A DNA stretch of 64,000 bases from Narcine bancroftii (taxonomy: Eukaryota). Below the pieces are notes generated by a model, which worked only from the letters and a program-made list of their open reading frames with translations, made no database searches and was not told where the DNA came from. The position numbers were made by a program, and so were the translations under genes. Positions 37,701 through 50,989 of this stretch are shown piece after piece (within the stretch, counting starts at the first letter, position 1; each line of letters begins with the position of its first letter). The DNA lies in NCBI RefSeq assembly GCF_036971445.1, contig NC_091469.1, forward strand, positions 377,022,001-377,086,000, read 5' to 3'.

Positions 37701-40700
37701 CAGCTTCAGGACATCCCAGTCGGCATAAGTAACAACTATCCTCCTGTGCGGCGTGGCCACTAGGCAGGTTCAACTTATCGTGGCAACGAGTTTTTTCAAC
37801 TCCATCCACGGGCTGGCACATCCATCAATCAGAACCATGGTCTGGTTGGTGGCCAGCAAGTATGCGTGGCATGGGTTGAGGAAACAAGTCAGCTGATGGG
37901 CCAAGATGTGCATGTAGTGCCAAACAACCAAGGTACAGCGGCACCCCAAGGTACAGCGGCACCCCAAGGTACAGCGGCACCCCAAGGTACAGCGGCACCC
38001 CAAGGTACAGCGGCACCCCAAGGTACAGCGGCACCCCAAGGTACAGCGGCACCCCAAGGTACAGCGGCACCCCAAGGTACAGCGGCACCCCAAGGTACAG
38101 CGGCACCCCAAGGTACAGCGGCACCCCAAGGTACAGCGGCACCCCAAGGTACAGCGGCACCCCAAGGTACAGCGGCACCCCAAGGTACAGCGGCACCCCA
38201 AGGTACAGCGGCACCCCAAGGTACAGCGGCACCCCAAGGTACAGCGGCACCCCAAGGTACAGCGGCACCCCAAGGTACAGCGGCACCCCAAGGTACAGCG
38301 GCACCCCAAGGTACAGCGGCACCCCAAGGTACAGCGGCACCCCAAGGTACAGCGGCACCCCAAGGTACAGCGGCACCCCAAGGTACAGCGGCACCCCAAG
38401 GTACAGCGGCACCCCAAGGTACAGCGGCACCCCAAGGTACAGCGGCACCCCAAGGTACAGCGGCACCCCAAGGTACAGCGGCACCCCAAGGTACAGCGGC
38501 ACCCCAAGGTACAGCGGCACCCCAAGGTACAGCGGCACCCCAAGGTACAGCGGCACCCCAAGGTACAGCGGCACCCCAAGGTACAGCGGCACCCCAAGGT
38601 ACAGCGGCACCCCAAGGTACAGCGGCACCCCAAGGTACAGCGGCACCCCAAGGTACAGCGGCACCCCAAGGTACAGCGGCACCCCAAGGTACAGCGGCAC
38701 CCCAAGGTACAGCGGCACCCCAAGGTACAGCGGCACCCCAAGGTACAGCGGCACCCCAAGGTACAGCGGCACCCCAAGGTACAGCGGCACCCCAAGGTAC
38801 AGCGGCACCCCAAGGTACAGCGGCACCCCAAGGTACAGCGGCACCCCAAGGTACAGCGGCACCCCAAGGTACAGCGGCACCCCAAGGTACAGCGGCACCC
38901 CAAGGTACAGCGGCACCCCAAGGTACAGCGGCACCCCAAGGTACAGCGGCACCCCAAGGTACAGCGGCACCCCAAGGTACAGCGGCACCCCAAGGTACAG
39001 CGGCACCCCAAGGTACAGCGGCACCCCAAGGTACAGCGGCACCCCAAGGTACAGCGGCACCCCAAGGTACAGCGGCACCCCAAGGTACAGCGGCACCCCA
39101 AGGTACAGCGGCACCCCAAGGTACAGCGGCACCCCAAGGTACAGCGGCACCCCAAGGTACAGCGGCACCCCAAGGTACAGCGGCACCCCAAGGTACAGCG
39201 GCACCCCAAGGTACAGCGGCACCCCAAGGTACAGCGGCACCCCAAGGTACAGCGGCACCCCAAGGTACAGCGGCACCCCAAGGTACAGCGGCACCCCAAG
39301 GTACAGCGGCACCCCAAGGTACAGCGGCACCCCAAGGTACAGCGGCACCCCAAGGTACAGCGGCACCCCAAGGTACAGCGGCACCCCAAGGTACAGCGGC
39401 ACCCCAAGGTACAGCGGCACCCCAAGGTACAGCGGCACCCCAAGGTACAGCGGCACCCCAAGGTACAGCGGCACCCCAAGGTACAGCGGCACCCCAAGGT
39501 ACAGCGGCACCCCAAGGTACAGCGGCACCCCAAGGTACAGCGGCACCCCAAGGTACAGCGGCACCCCAAGGTACAGCGGCACCCCAAGGTACAGCGGCAC
39601 CCCAAGGTTCCCCCGCAGCCTCTCAAGCCAATGGAATGAAGGTTTGACCACATTCACATGGACATAGTGGGACCCTTACCAGTCTCACAGGGTTTCCACT
39701 ACCTGTTCACTATGGTTGACCTTTTCACCTGGTGGCCAGAAGCAATCCCGCTGGTCGACACAACCACATCCTATGCCAAGGCTCTCATCTTGTCCTGGGT
39801 AACAAGGTTCTGGCTACCATGCCATAAACCTCCAAAAGAGGCACACAATTTACCTCCAGCCTATGGACCGAAGTTGCCAACCTGTGGGGTGCTCAGCTAC
39901 ACTACATGATAGCATACCACCCGCAGTCTAACAGGCTGGTTGAGCGCTTCCACAGACACCTCAAGGCCGCCTTTATGACCAGATTCAAGGGCCCAAACTG
40001 GGTGGACGAACTATCATGGGCACTGCTGGGGATTCGTACAGCCCCGAAGGAAGACCTCCTCATGTCCTCCGCCGAGCTCATCTACGGAATTCCACTCATG
40101 GTCCCCGGGGATTTCATCCCACTGGCCAGAGGACAACAGGAGGATACAACCACCTCACTGGACAGGCTACAGGAAAATTTCAGTAACCTGGCTCCGATCC
40201 CACTCTCCAGACAAGGGCAGGCCAAGTTCAACATCCCTAAAGAACTCCAAGACTGTGAGGACGTGTTCATGTGCAGAGGGCCACACCATCCACCGCTACA
40301 GATGCCCTATGAAGGCCCCTTCTGAGTCATCCAGAACAATGGAGCCACCTTCGAACTGGACATTGGTGGCAAATCAGGTCTTCACCGCAGACAGGCTCAA
40401 GCCAGCACACACAGACCCGACATAACTCGTGGAAGCGCCAGCACCTCGACGCAGAGGCAGACCATCAAAGACATTGGGGACTACATCTATGGACACTATG
40501 AACTGTCGTGCCAGTTCTTGGTGGAAGGGGTGGGGGGGTCATGTGGTGGCCTGCCACCGCGGAGATCGAGCTGACACATCGTGTGGAACGCACAGTTTTA
40601 AACAGCAGCATAACATACTAACACGTCCCTTAACACTGCAAACCAACCGGCGCGGTTGAAAGCCAGAGCAGTACAACACCAGCAGCCCGAAAATGGCGTT

Positions 40701-40919
40701 GGCCAAGCTGTCCAGCAGATCAATAATAGGCTGGTGAAGAAAGGTATTCACAGCAAGAATGTTCCCGCCTGCTATTGTTATTCATGCAGCTGATTTCAGC
40801 TAATCAAACAAACGGTGGGAACTCCAACTCTATAAAAGGAGCCTTTCCAGCCTCAATAAATCTCAGAGCTTAACCTCCCACACTCCAAGTGTGGTGTTTC
40901 TTTGTAGCAGTTGGCTACA
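34797..40919 (+). mobile_element. Gypsy LTR retrotransposon copy 2 (CsRn1 clade), full-length but decayed
   Basis: LTRs 34797-35152 and 40542-40919 (TG..CA); 4-bp TSD ACTC; tRNA-Trp PBS TGGTGACCCC; CHCC gag motif CFYHQRWGSKARWCWSPC; LDTGA protease, YLDD RT, RNase H, integrase with GPF motif; PPT. Confidence 0.96.
37928..39608. repeat. Perfect minisatellite (CCAAGGTACAGCGGCACC) x93 plus 7 bp, inside the integrase of copy 2
   Basis: The printed sequence repeats with an exact 180-bp (10-unit) cycle; (39602-37928)/18 = 93; no variant unit seen. Confidence 0.97.
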
Positions 40920-41076
40920 ACTCCATCATTTTTCCTTGTATGCTGGAATGGTGTTAAAGACCGAAGTTAGTAAATGTTAAACTACAATTCAATTTACATT
41001 GGTGAAGAAACTGCAAAGAATCAAAATCCAGATCAAAATTTACTCACTTGGAAAATCATGCATTCAAGTGAACACT

Positions 41077-44000
41077 TGTAGTGGCGGCTACACTGCTAAC
41101 TGAAGGATCGCACAACCAGACTGGTTGAATTCAGTGAGCAAAACTGATTTACTGCAGACTGCCTGGCTGGTCTTATACTCCCAGCCCGGACCTGGCTGAG
41201 TACCACGCTGGGAGGCCCCGACATCACCGGGGCATCACGTAGGTCGCCTAGCACGGACTTCTGAGCCCGGTGCCGAGGTAGAGAGGAAAGCCCCGACAGC
41301 GCCATTTTGGGCAGCTGCCCCGCCGCATGAATGACAAGCAGGGCCGGTTCGCCTGCCTAATGGCGTACTGCCACACAGACACCGCCAGAACTGGCGCCAA
41401 TATCCTTTTTTGCCGGGTGGCCTCACTTCCTGGATTGGGGAAAGAACTACTGGCTCGTTGGGGTCTAGGTGGGCTGGTTTTAACCTGTCCACCGTAAACA
41501 GTTCCCTCTTACCACCGATGTCCAGTGTGAAAGTGGATCCTGAATGCTGGACAACTTTGTACGGCCCTTCATATGGTCTTTGTAGAGATGCTGTGGATGG
41601 GCCCCGCCTGATAAAAACTTACTCTTCGGAGTACAGCTCACTGGGGACACAAGAGGCCCGTGTGCTATGTCTGGGTGGCGGCGGGGGTGTGAAGGAGTCC
41701 AACTGGGCCCGGAGGCGGGGAAGTAGACCATGCAGTGACTGCTGGGGGTTGTGAGGTGCGTGGTTGAACTCACCGGGTCGAGCTAGTGTGTACCATTGAG
41801 CAGCTCAGCTGATGATGCCTGTAGGTCTTCTTTGGGTGTCGAGCGGATGTCCAGGAGCACCCAAGGCAGCTCGTCCACCCAATTGGGGCTGATAAGGCGG
41901 GCCGTAAGTGCTGACTTAAGGTGGCGGTGCAAACACTCAACTAGCCCATTGGCCTGTGGGTGATAGGCCATGGTGTGATGCAGCTCGATCCCCAGCCTGT
42001 TGGCGAGCTGTGCCCAGAGCGCAGAAGTGAACTGGGCGCCCTGATCACTGGTGAGGTGGTTTGGGATGCCGAACTGGGCAACCCAACTGTTCAAAAGCGC
42101 TCAGGAGCAGAAGTCCGTGGAGGCATCTGGCATCGGGATCGCTTCAAGCCAACGAGTGGTGCAGCCTACCATTGTGAAAAGGTAATGGTTACCTCAGGAA
42201 ATGGGTAAGAGTTCGACATTTCCACATGTATGTGGCTGAACAGTTCCCAGATGGGTTCAAAATCTTGAAATCTGGTGTGCCTGTGTACCTTTGAAAGCTG
42301 GCACTGGGTGCAGATTCTGGCCCAGTCTGCAATCTTCTTCCGAAGCCCGTGCCAGGCGAAACGTTCTGCCACTATGCGGACCGTGGACCTGATGGAAGGG
42401 TGGGAAAGGTCATGGATATGGTGGAAGACTTGCCTGCCCCGCTGGGGAACCACTGGTTGCAGGGTGCCCATGGAGACATTGCACAGGATGGTACCCTTAC
42501 CGTGAGGAGACGGGAAGTCCTGGAACCGCAGGCCCATGATGGCAGTCCTGAAGGCTTGCGTCTCCTCGTCAGACTTCTGGTCCCAGGTGAGTTGGTCGAA
42601 GTCGAGTCCAGGTGTCAGTGTGCAAATGGCCGATCATGAGAGTGCGTTGGCAACCATATTGTCTTTCCCCGCCTTGTGCCGAATGTCAGTGGTGAATTCC
42701 AACATGAAGGAGAGATGACGCTGTTGGTGGCCGACCAGGGATCTCTTGCCATAACAAGCACCTGAGTGAGGGGTTTGTAGTCGGTAAAAATGGCGAAAGG
42801 CCTCCCCTCCAAGAAATAGTGGAAATGACGCACCGCCAGGTACATGCCCAGCAACTCACGATCAAAAGCGCTATACTTGCGCTCTGGCGGGTGAAGAAGT
42901 CGACTAAGGAATGCCAGTGGTTTCCACTGTCTGTTCACCTGCTGCTCCAGGACGATGCCGATGGCTGTGGCAGAGGCATCGACGGAGAGCACCATATGCA
43001 GGTTGGTGCGTGGGTGGATGAGCAGGGTAGCCTTTGCAAGGGTACCTTCCGTGCCTTCGAATGCCCTGCTGGTTTCTGCAGTCCAGGCGATTGTCTTGTC
43101 TGTGGTCGCGATGAGAGCAAAGAGCGGCTGCATGATGCGCACAGAGCCTGGAATAAAGCGGCTATAGAAATTGATCATGCCCGCGAACTCCTGTAGCCCC
43201 TTGTGGTTGTCCGGGCATGGGAACTCCCTGACTGCAGTGACCTTCGTGGCGGCAGGTGTAGCTCCTTCGGTCATGATGGTATGGCCCAGGAACTGAATGG
43301 ACTCTTTCCCAAACTGGGATTTGGCCGGATTGATCATTAGGCTGAAGTCAGAGAAGAGGGTGCGCAGGTGAGACTTGTGTTGTGCCCGGTCTCTGCTGGC
43401 GACAATGAATACAAAATTCAAATCCCTGCCCACTGTGTCCATAAGGCGCTGGAAGATCTGGGCAGCGTTCTTGAGCCCGAAAGGCATGTGTAGGAACTCA
43501 AACAATCCGAAGGGGGTTAGTTTTGGGTATGTCCTCGGGGTGCACCTGGATTTGGTGATACCCGCGCACCAGGTTGACCTTGGAGAATACCCTCGCACCA
43601 TGCAGGTTGGCCGTAAAGTCCTGGATGTGAGGGATCGGGTAACGGTCAGGTAATGTTGCGTCATTAAGCCGTCGATAATCTCCGCAGGGGCGCCAGCCGC
43701 TGGAGGCTTTCGGGACCAGGTGAAGTGGTGAGGCCCAAAGATTGTCAGAACGTCGAATGATCCCCAGCTCTTGCAGATGCGAGAACTCTTCCTTCGCTAT
43801 CTGGAGCCTATCCAGCGGGAGCCGGCGTGCCTTGGCATGGACCCGCGGGCCTTGGGTGGGGATATAATGAATAACCCCGTGGCGTGGTGAGGCAGCAGAG
43901 AACTGCGGCTTGAGGAGGGACGGGAACTCATCCAGGATATGCTGAAACTCATCCTTGGGCATGCTGACCGTGGCCATTTGCTGCTGGTCTGTGCGGGAGG

Positions 44001-45126
44001 TGTTGAAGCGAACGGATTGGAAGGTTTGGGCATCTATCAGTCGCCTACCTAGAATGTCGACCAGGAGTCCGTGGGCGAGGAGGAAGTCGACACCTAGGAT
44101 GGCAGTTGGGAGGTTTCCCTGGAATGAGCAGGGCTGACGACACTTCCGAGCCTTGGCTCCCCAGCGCTGGTGGAAGAAGCAGGGGCCTGAAGTGGATGGC
44201 TTGCTTCTGGCTATGCTCTTTGAGGCCCCTGCAGGGGCCGAGTGTTCCAACGCAGCGCTAGAGGAAGGCTTGGCGTGGTCACGCTCGTGACTCGTAACCA
44301 CCTGGACTGCTGAACCCTCTGGGAATCGTTCGATTCCTAGGGTCGTCGAAGCTCTCCTGGGACAGTAACGGCTGGATGTCTTCAGGCAGATGGTCGAGGA
44401 AGAAGCACTCGAAGAGTGGGCAGTTGGTGTGATCGCCCATGAGCGCGAGCATCTCGACCATCAACTTTATTGGAGTTTTGTCTCCTAAGGCGTCGAAGTG
44501 CAGCATCCAAGCGCCACGCCGGCGCCTGGAGAGGCCGAGGGAGCTGGTGAGCACCCGCTTGATGTTCCCGTACTTATCTTCCGCGGGTGGGTGCTAAACG
44601 AGGTGCAGCACTCGTTTGGCGGTGGCCTGGTCCAGGGTGGCGACCACATGGTAAAACCTGGTCGAATCTGATGAAATCTGGCAGAGATGAAACTGAGCAT
44701 CTGCATGGCTGAACCAGGTCTCCGGCTCCTGAACCCAGAAGTCAGGAAGTTTGATGGCAATAGCTTTGATCGAAGGGTCGTTTATGTCGGGTTCAAAGAC
44801 ATTTGAACCTGTCGGGGTCACCAATTGTAGCAGCGGCTACACTGCTAACTGAAGGATCGCACAACCAGACGGGTTGAGTTCAGTGAGCAAAAATGATTTA
44901 TTGCAGGCTGCCTGGCTGGTCTTGTACTCCCAGCCCAGACCTGGCTGAGAACCACGCTGGGGGGGGCCCCGACGTCACCAGGGCACCACGTGGATCGCCA
45001 ATCGCGGGCTTCTGAGCCCGGTGCCGAGGTCAAGAGGAAACCCCTGACGGTGCCATTTTGGCTGGCTGCCCCGACACATGCGTGACAAGCGGGGCCGGTT
45101 CGCCTGCCTCATGGCGTACCGCCACA
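41077..45126 (-). mobile_element. Gypsy LTR retrotransposon copy 3 (CsRn1 clade, different family), protease deleted
   Basis: LTRs 44826-45126 (5') and 41077-41375 (3'); PBS TGGTGACCCCGAC; gag KLPDFW..WFSHADAQF and CFFHQRWGAKARKCRQPC; RT, RNase H and integrase fragments. Flanks CACT and TCCT do not form a TSD. Confidence 0.94.
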
Positions 45127-46740
45127 TCCTGATCATTTGAAAAAAATTTGACTGATAACTTTGATCAACTCATGGAGAGGTTCAGTCATGATGGGAATTA
45201 TTGTTTGGTGTACGGACTAACAAAAGTTAATGAGGAAGAGTTCTACATCACCAGCATACATGAAAGCTGATATTGCTTCACATCTTAATTCCAAGAGGCA
45301 GCATATTTTGGGGAGAAAAGAAAAAAAAAAAATCAAGGCTAGATCCCTGGTGACATTAATGACACCAGGCTGCAAGAGAGAAAAAGAGCATTGTAAATGT
45401 TTTATTTCCAGATGGGACTGAACAATATTGTGCTGTGTTTATTACATATTTTTGATATATTGCATTATCTTAGAAAACTTCTACTTTACATTACCTCCTC
45501 TCCTCCTACACTAAATTCTCCCACTTCACTAAGTCACAACTAGGCACTAAATACTGGGTTAAGTGACTCCTGGACAATATTTATACCAGATTTATCTAAT
45601 AGATTTTAATCTGTAATTCAGTTATCAAAGATACTTCCTGATTAACCTGCTGTTTAATCTAAGTCATGATTCACTGTCTTTACAGTCAGCTTTTATACCC
45701 GGTAAATGATAACTTTTCCGCCTTCAGGGTTCAAAACAACTCACATCACATTCAGGTCCAAGCCCTGCCAAAAATCTTTCTTCATGTGTAATTTTTTTTC
45801 CAGAACTTCCTACATTCTCTGAAGTCGCTTCATTCCATTATTTTGTTAATCTCCAGATATCGTCTAATTTGGTACAGCTCCAGAATGACTTTAACATCCT
45901 TACAGAGGAACAAGCCGTTAAGTTTGGGTATTAATGGACATCAGCTTCAAGGTCCATTAGTTCTTCAATACTTTTTAGAACCCAACCATTTACTGTGTAT
46001 TCCCTTATTCTCACCCCATCTCCCAACCTCAGCATGTATCACCTCACATTTAGCTAGGTTGATCTGTTCATCTTTTTATTATCTACCTGCAATTTCATTT
46101 TCTCCTTGAATGACATTGCCAATTTTCTGTATCATCATCTTCTAATTTCTTAATCTTAATTCACATGTTTAAATCATTTGGTATGAATGACAAAAGCAAG
46201 TGCATTGGCTGATTTTAGAAGCCCTAATACCATCTTTCAACCACTCCTTGAGGAAGGGCTCAGGCCCGAATCATTAGTTACCCTTTACTTCCTACAGATG
46301 CTGTGTGACCTGCTGAGTTACTCCAGCACAATTGTGTATTGCTCTCAACCACTGTTTCCATTTTAAATTCATTGTAACTTTTCTGTACATCTTATTGTCT
46401 GTACCATATTTATTTATCTGCTCCTTTTCCAAGAGTTATTTAAAAAAGGTAACTTTGATCTGACCTGAATTGGACTGAACCATTCCGGATTTCTCTGATA
46501 TTTTCTGGAAAAAGTTCCAAATTAAAAAGCCCTACCCTAATTTTAAGAGTTTCAAGTTTCTTCAGGAGGAAATAATGTTTCTCATATTATTTTACCATTC
46601 TAAATATCTTAATTGTTTTAGTTTAATTTTATATTGTCAAGGAATAAAAATAACACCAGGCTAAACCAAAATAAGTGATGGACAGAAGGAAGTCTTGGAG
46701 TTGGGAAAAAAAATTACAACATTAACAATAAGCATAATGT

Positions 46741-49700
46741 TTTGGATACTATTGTTGGGGGCAACCTACTAGGGACAAGTTATAGTGGTCAAGTCTCTGG
46801 CACCGAGACTTGTCCCTCAGTTCAGAAAGGAGGGAGGGAAAAGAGGAGAGCAGTAATGATAGGTGATTCGACAGGGGGACTGATAAGAGGTTTTGTGGGA
46901 GAAATTGAGAATCCTGGATGGTCTGTTGCCTCTCTGGTGTCAAGGTCCATGATATCTCAGATTGAATTCTCAGTATTTTCAGGAGGGAGAGTGAGCAGCC
47001 AGATGTCGTGGTCCACGTAGAGACCAATGACACGGGTAGGAAGGGTGAGGAACTCCAGCAAAGGGAGCTTAAGGAGTTAGGTGCAAAGTTGAAGGACAGG
47101 ACCCCCAGGGTTGCAATCCCAGGAGCACTACCCGTATCACATGCTTGTGAGGCTAGAAATAGGAAGTTAATGCAGCTAAATACATGGCTAATGGTGCGGG
47201 GGGGTGGGGGGGGGGGGTGCTTAACATTTCTGGACAATTCGGCTGTCCCAGGGAAGGAGTGTAACAGAACAGTTTGCACCTGAACTGGAGGGGGATTAAC
47301 ATTCTTGGGGGTAGGTTTGCTGGTGCTGCTCCTCCAGGGCGTTTAAACTAGATTGGCAGGGGGATGGGAACCAGAGTGTTACAGCAGGCAGTGAGGTGGA
47401 GGAAAATAAAGGTCACATGAGGACTGCATCTATAGACAGAAATCAAAGGTTTGTACGTGAATAGAAATGCTCTCAGGTGTATTCATTTCATTGCAAGGAG
47501 TATTGTCAGAAAGGCAGATGAGTTTAGGGCATGCATTAGCACATGAAATTACAACATTACTGCTATTACTGAGGCTTGGTTGCAGGAGGGGCAGGACTGG
47601 CAGCTCAATGTTCCGGGATTCCATTTTTAGATGTGTTAGAGGGGGAGGGATAAAGGGGAAGGTGCAGCATTGCTTGCCTGGAAAAATATTTTAGCTGTGC
47701 ATAAACAGGACAGCCCAGAGGATTCATCTACAGAGGCCATATGGGTGGAGCTGAAGAAAGAAAAGCATGACCACTCTGATAAGGATTGTATTATAGACCA
47801 CCCAGTCAGAGAGAATTGGAGGGGCAAATCTACAGAGAGATAGCAGACCGATACAAGAAACAAAAAGCTGTGATAGTAGGAAATTTTAACTTCCCATACT
47901 GTAAAAAATTTGGATGGCTTAGAGTTTGTCAAATGTGTTTAGGAAAATTTTCTAAATTAATATATAGAGGTACCAAAGAGAGAAGAATCAATACTTGATC
48001 TATGAGGGAACAAGACAAGTCAGGTGACAGAAATATGTGTAAGTGAACATTTTGCATCCAGTGACCAAATATCATTAGTTTCAAGTCAATTATGAACAAG
48101 GATAGGTCTGGCCTTCAAGTAGAGATTCTAAATAGGAGAAAGGCCAATTGTGTGGAAGTGTGAAAGGATCTAGAGAGAGTGGATTTGGATACCTTGTTTT
48201 CTGGTAAAGATGTATTCACTAAGTGGAAGGCCTTTAGAAGCAAATTTGCATGTTCCTGTCAGGATTAAAGGCAAAGTTAGAAGGCATAGGGAACCTTGAT
48301 TTTCAAGGGATATTGGCAATCTGGTTAAGAAGTAGAGAGGTAGGTGACAAGGAGTAAATGAGGTACTAGAAGAGTATAGAAAATGTAAGAAAATACTCAA
48401 GGAAATCAGGAAGGCCAAAAGAGGACATGAGGTTGCTTTGGCAGATAATGTGAAAGTAAACTTGAAGGATAGTAAGATAGTGTGGAGCCTCACAAAATTG
48501 CATCGATATTTATTCAGGAAACTGGCATAGTGTATAAGGAAGGAAGGAAAACAAGCAGTAGTGGCATGGAACATATAGAGATTAAAGAGGAGGATGCATT
48601 TGCTGCCTTATAGCAAATAAAGGTAGATAAACCCCCAGGCCTGACATGATATTCCCTCAGACCTTGAGGGAGACTAGTGTAGAAATTACAGTGGCCCTGG
48701 CAGAAATACTTAAAATATCCTTAGTCATGGTGACGTGCCAGACGATTGGAGGGTAGCTCATGTTGTCTTGTTGTTTTACAAAGACTCCAAAAGTAAACCA
48801 GGAAATTACAGGCCAGTTAGCCTGACGTCAGTAGTAGGTAAATTATTGGAGGGTGCTCTGAAAGATCAGATTTACAAGTATTTGGACAGCCAAGGAAGGA
48901 TTAAGAATAGTCATCATAGCTTTGAGCATGGTAGGTCATGTGTAACGAATCTTGTAAAGATTTATGAGGTTACCAAGAAAGTAGATGTAGGAAAGGTTGT
49001 GGTTGTTGTCTACATGGACATTAGTAAAGCCCTTGACAAGGTCCCACGTGAAAGGTTAGTTCAGAAGGTTCGGACAATATGTATCCATGTAGAGGTTGGA
49101 AACTGGATTCAAAATTGGCTGAAAGGGAGAAGACAGACTGGAGCCTGTGTGTGCCTCAGGAATCAGTGCTGGGATCATTGATGTTTGTTGTCTATATCAA
49201 TGATCTGGAATGATAATGTGGCAAATTGGATCAACGTTTGCAGATGGCACTAAGCTTGGAGGCATTGTGGACAGCAAGGAGGGTTTTCAAAGCCTGCAGA
49301 TGGATCTAGACCAATTGGAAAAATGGGCCAGAAAATGGCAGATGGAATTTAATGCAGACAAGTGTGAGGTATTGCATTTTGGAAGGACAAACCAAGGTAA
49401 GACATACACAGTAAATGGTAGGCCTCTGAGGAGTGTGGAGGAACAAAAGGATCTGGAAATACAATACATAATTCCCTGAATGTTCGTTCCATGTAGACAG
49501 GGTTGTAAAAAAAGCTTTTGGCATCTTGGCCTTCATAAATCAAGGTATTGAGTAGAGGAGTTGGGATGTTATGGCAAGGTTATATAAGACATTGGTAAGG
49601 CCAATTTTGGAGTATTCTGTGTAGTTCTGGTCTCTTAAATACAGGAAGGATATCAGTAAGATTGAAAGAATGGAGAGAAGATTTAATAGGACATTGCTGG

Positions 49701-50092
49701 GTCTTCAGTTGATTTACAAGGAAAGATTAAACAGGTTAGAACTTTATTCCTTGGAGCATATAAAAATGAGGGAAGATTTAATAGAGGTTTACAAAATTAG
49801 GAAAATAGACAGCAAATGTGAGTAAGCTCTTTTCATTAAGATTAGGAGAGATAAATGCAAGAGGACAGGGCTTAGGGTGAAAGGAGAAAGGTTTAGGAGT
49901 CATTAGGGAATTTCTTCACAGAGTGGTGGGACTGTGGAATGAGCTGCCATCTGACATGGTAAATGTGAGATAAATTAGATACATGGGAGAGATCTGGAGG
50001 GTTATGGAATGGGTGCAGGTCAGTGGGGCTAGCAGTATGATGTTTCAGCACATACCAGAAGGACCGAATGGCCTTTTTCTGTGCTGTATTGT
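46741..50092 (+). mobile_element. CR1 LINE, near full-length, decayed (ORF1 esterase, endonuclease, RT)
   Basis: AVMIGDS and VVVHVETND SGNH-like ORF1 motifs; YYRPP and GNFNFP endonuclease motifs; PGNYRPVSLTSVVGKLLE and FADGTKLGG RT motifs; CR1 3' end. Confidence 0.9.
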
Positions 50093-50989
50093 TCATTGGC
50101 TGCAAATTTCCATACCACCAGACAACTTACACAAGGAGCGGCAAACAATTAACATTTAAAATAGATCGCATAATCCAACCTTTGAGCTCAGTTGTAAATT
50201 AACGTCACGGACTATGAAACTAAGCAGTAGAGGAAGCAGCAAAGTCTACAAGTTTTCAGGTTTTGGGAGGAAACAGTAGGGAAGGAAGATATGACGGGAT
50301 TATTTTACCCTCTTTGAGATGACTCAAGTTCAACACCTTTGGCAGAGAAAATGTGATATCAACCTTAGTTCAGCATCCAAAACACTAATTTCTGTGTTCC
50401 CTTGGATAGTGATAGGCAAAATGAAACCATGCCAAGAGGTTGGAATATGATGGGACAGCATGAAACTTTGTCCAGAATAGATCTATCAAAATGGGAGGCA
50501 AGGGAGCAGTTAGCAGATTGACAGATGAACTCTTATCACAGCAAATGGCACATGGAAATGTAAATTTGAGAGCATAAACACAATTTCTAAACAGCTGACT
50601 GAAGTGGTTTGAAAGGAGCCTTAAAACTCATTCCAGTAACAGACCACTGCTCCCTTTAAGTATTTCATCAACACTTTGTCCCAAAGAGAACAAGCCAAAC
50701 CTCCAACTTTATTAATTGTAGAGATCGCACAGCACTGAGATTGAACATTCTCCCAGTCTTGACCCAACATTTTTCTTTAGCAATATTGTCAAAAAGTGAT
50801 TCATTATCATTCTTTGCACTTGCTATTTGAGGGATCTTTGTTGGCTGACATATCCATCCAAGTAACAAGAAATAGCTCTCCACAAGCAAAACAAGGCATG
50901 CCCTTAAATATGCAAATTCAGCTGAGACCCAATAAGTCCACTCTCCCCTCCCACCTACTTAGGCACTTCCCAAAGTAACCACAAAAAAA

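Noticed and set aside
37928-39608. CRISPR-like array
   Set aside because: There are no spacers (units are directly adjacent and identical), the context is a eukaryotic intron, and no cas genes are present.
37770-39657. Long ORFs (593-627 aa) of QGTAAP, LGCRCT and GVPLYL repeats as novel proteins
   Set aside because: They arise because the 18-bp unit has no stop in any frame. The unit is integrase sequence in a dead element, with no promoter or splice support.
46245-46330. Hammerhead ribozymes in Penelope-derived repeats (also about 54310 and 63500)
   Set aside because: The required CUGANGA and GAAA core is degenerate in every copy I could read.
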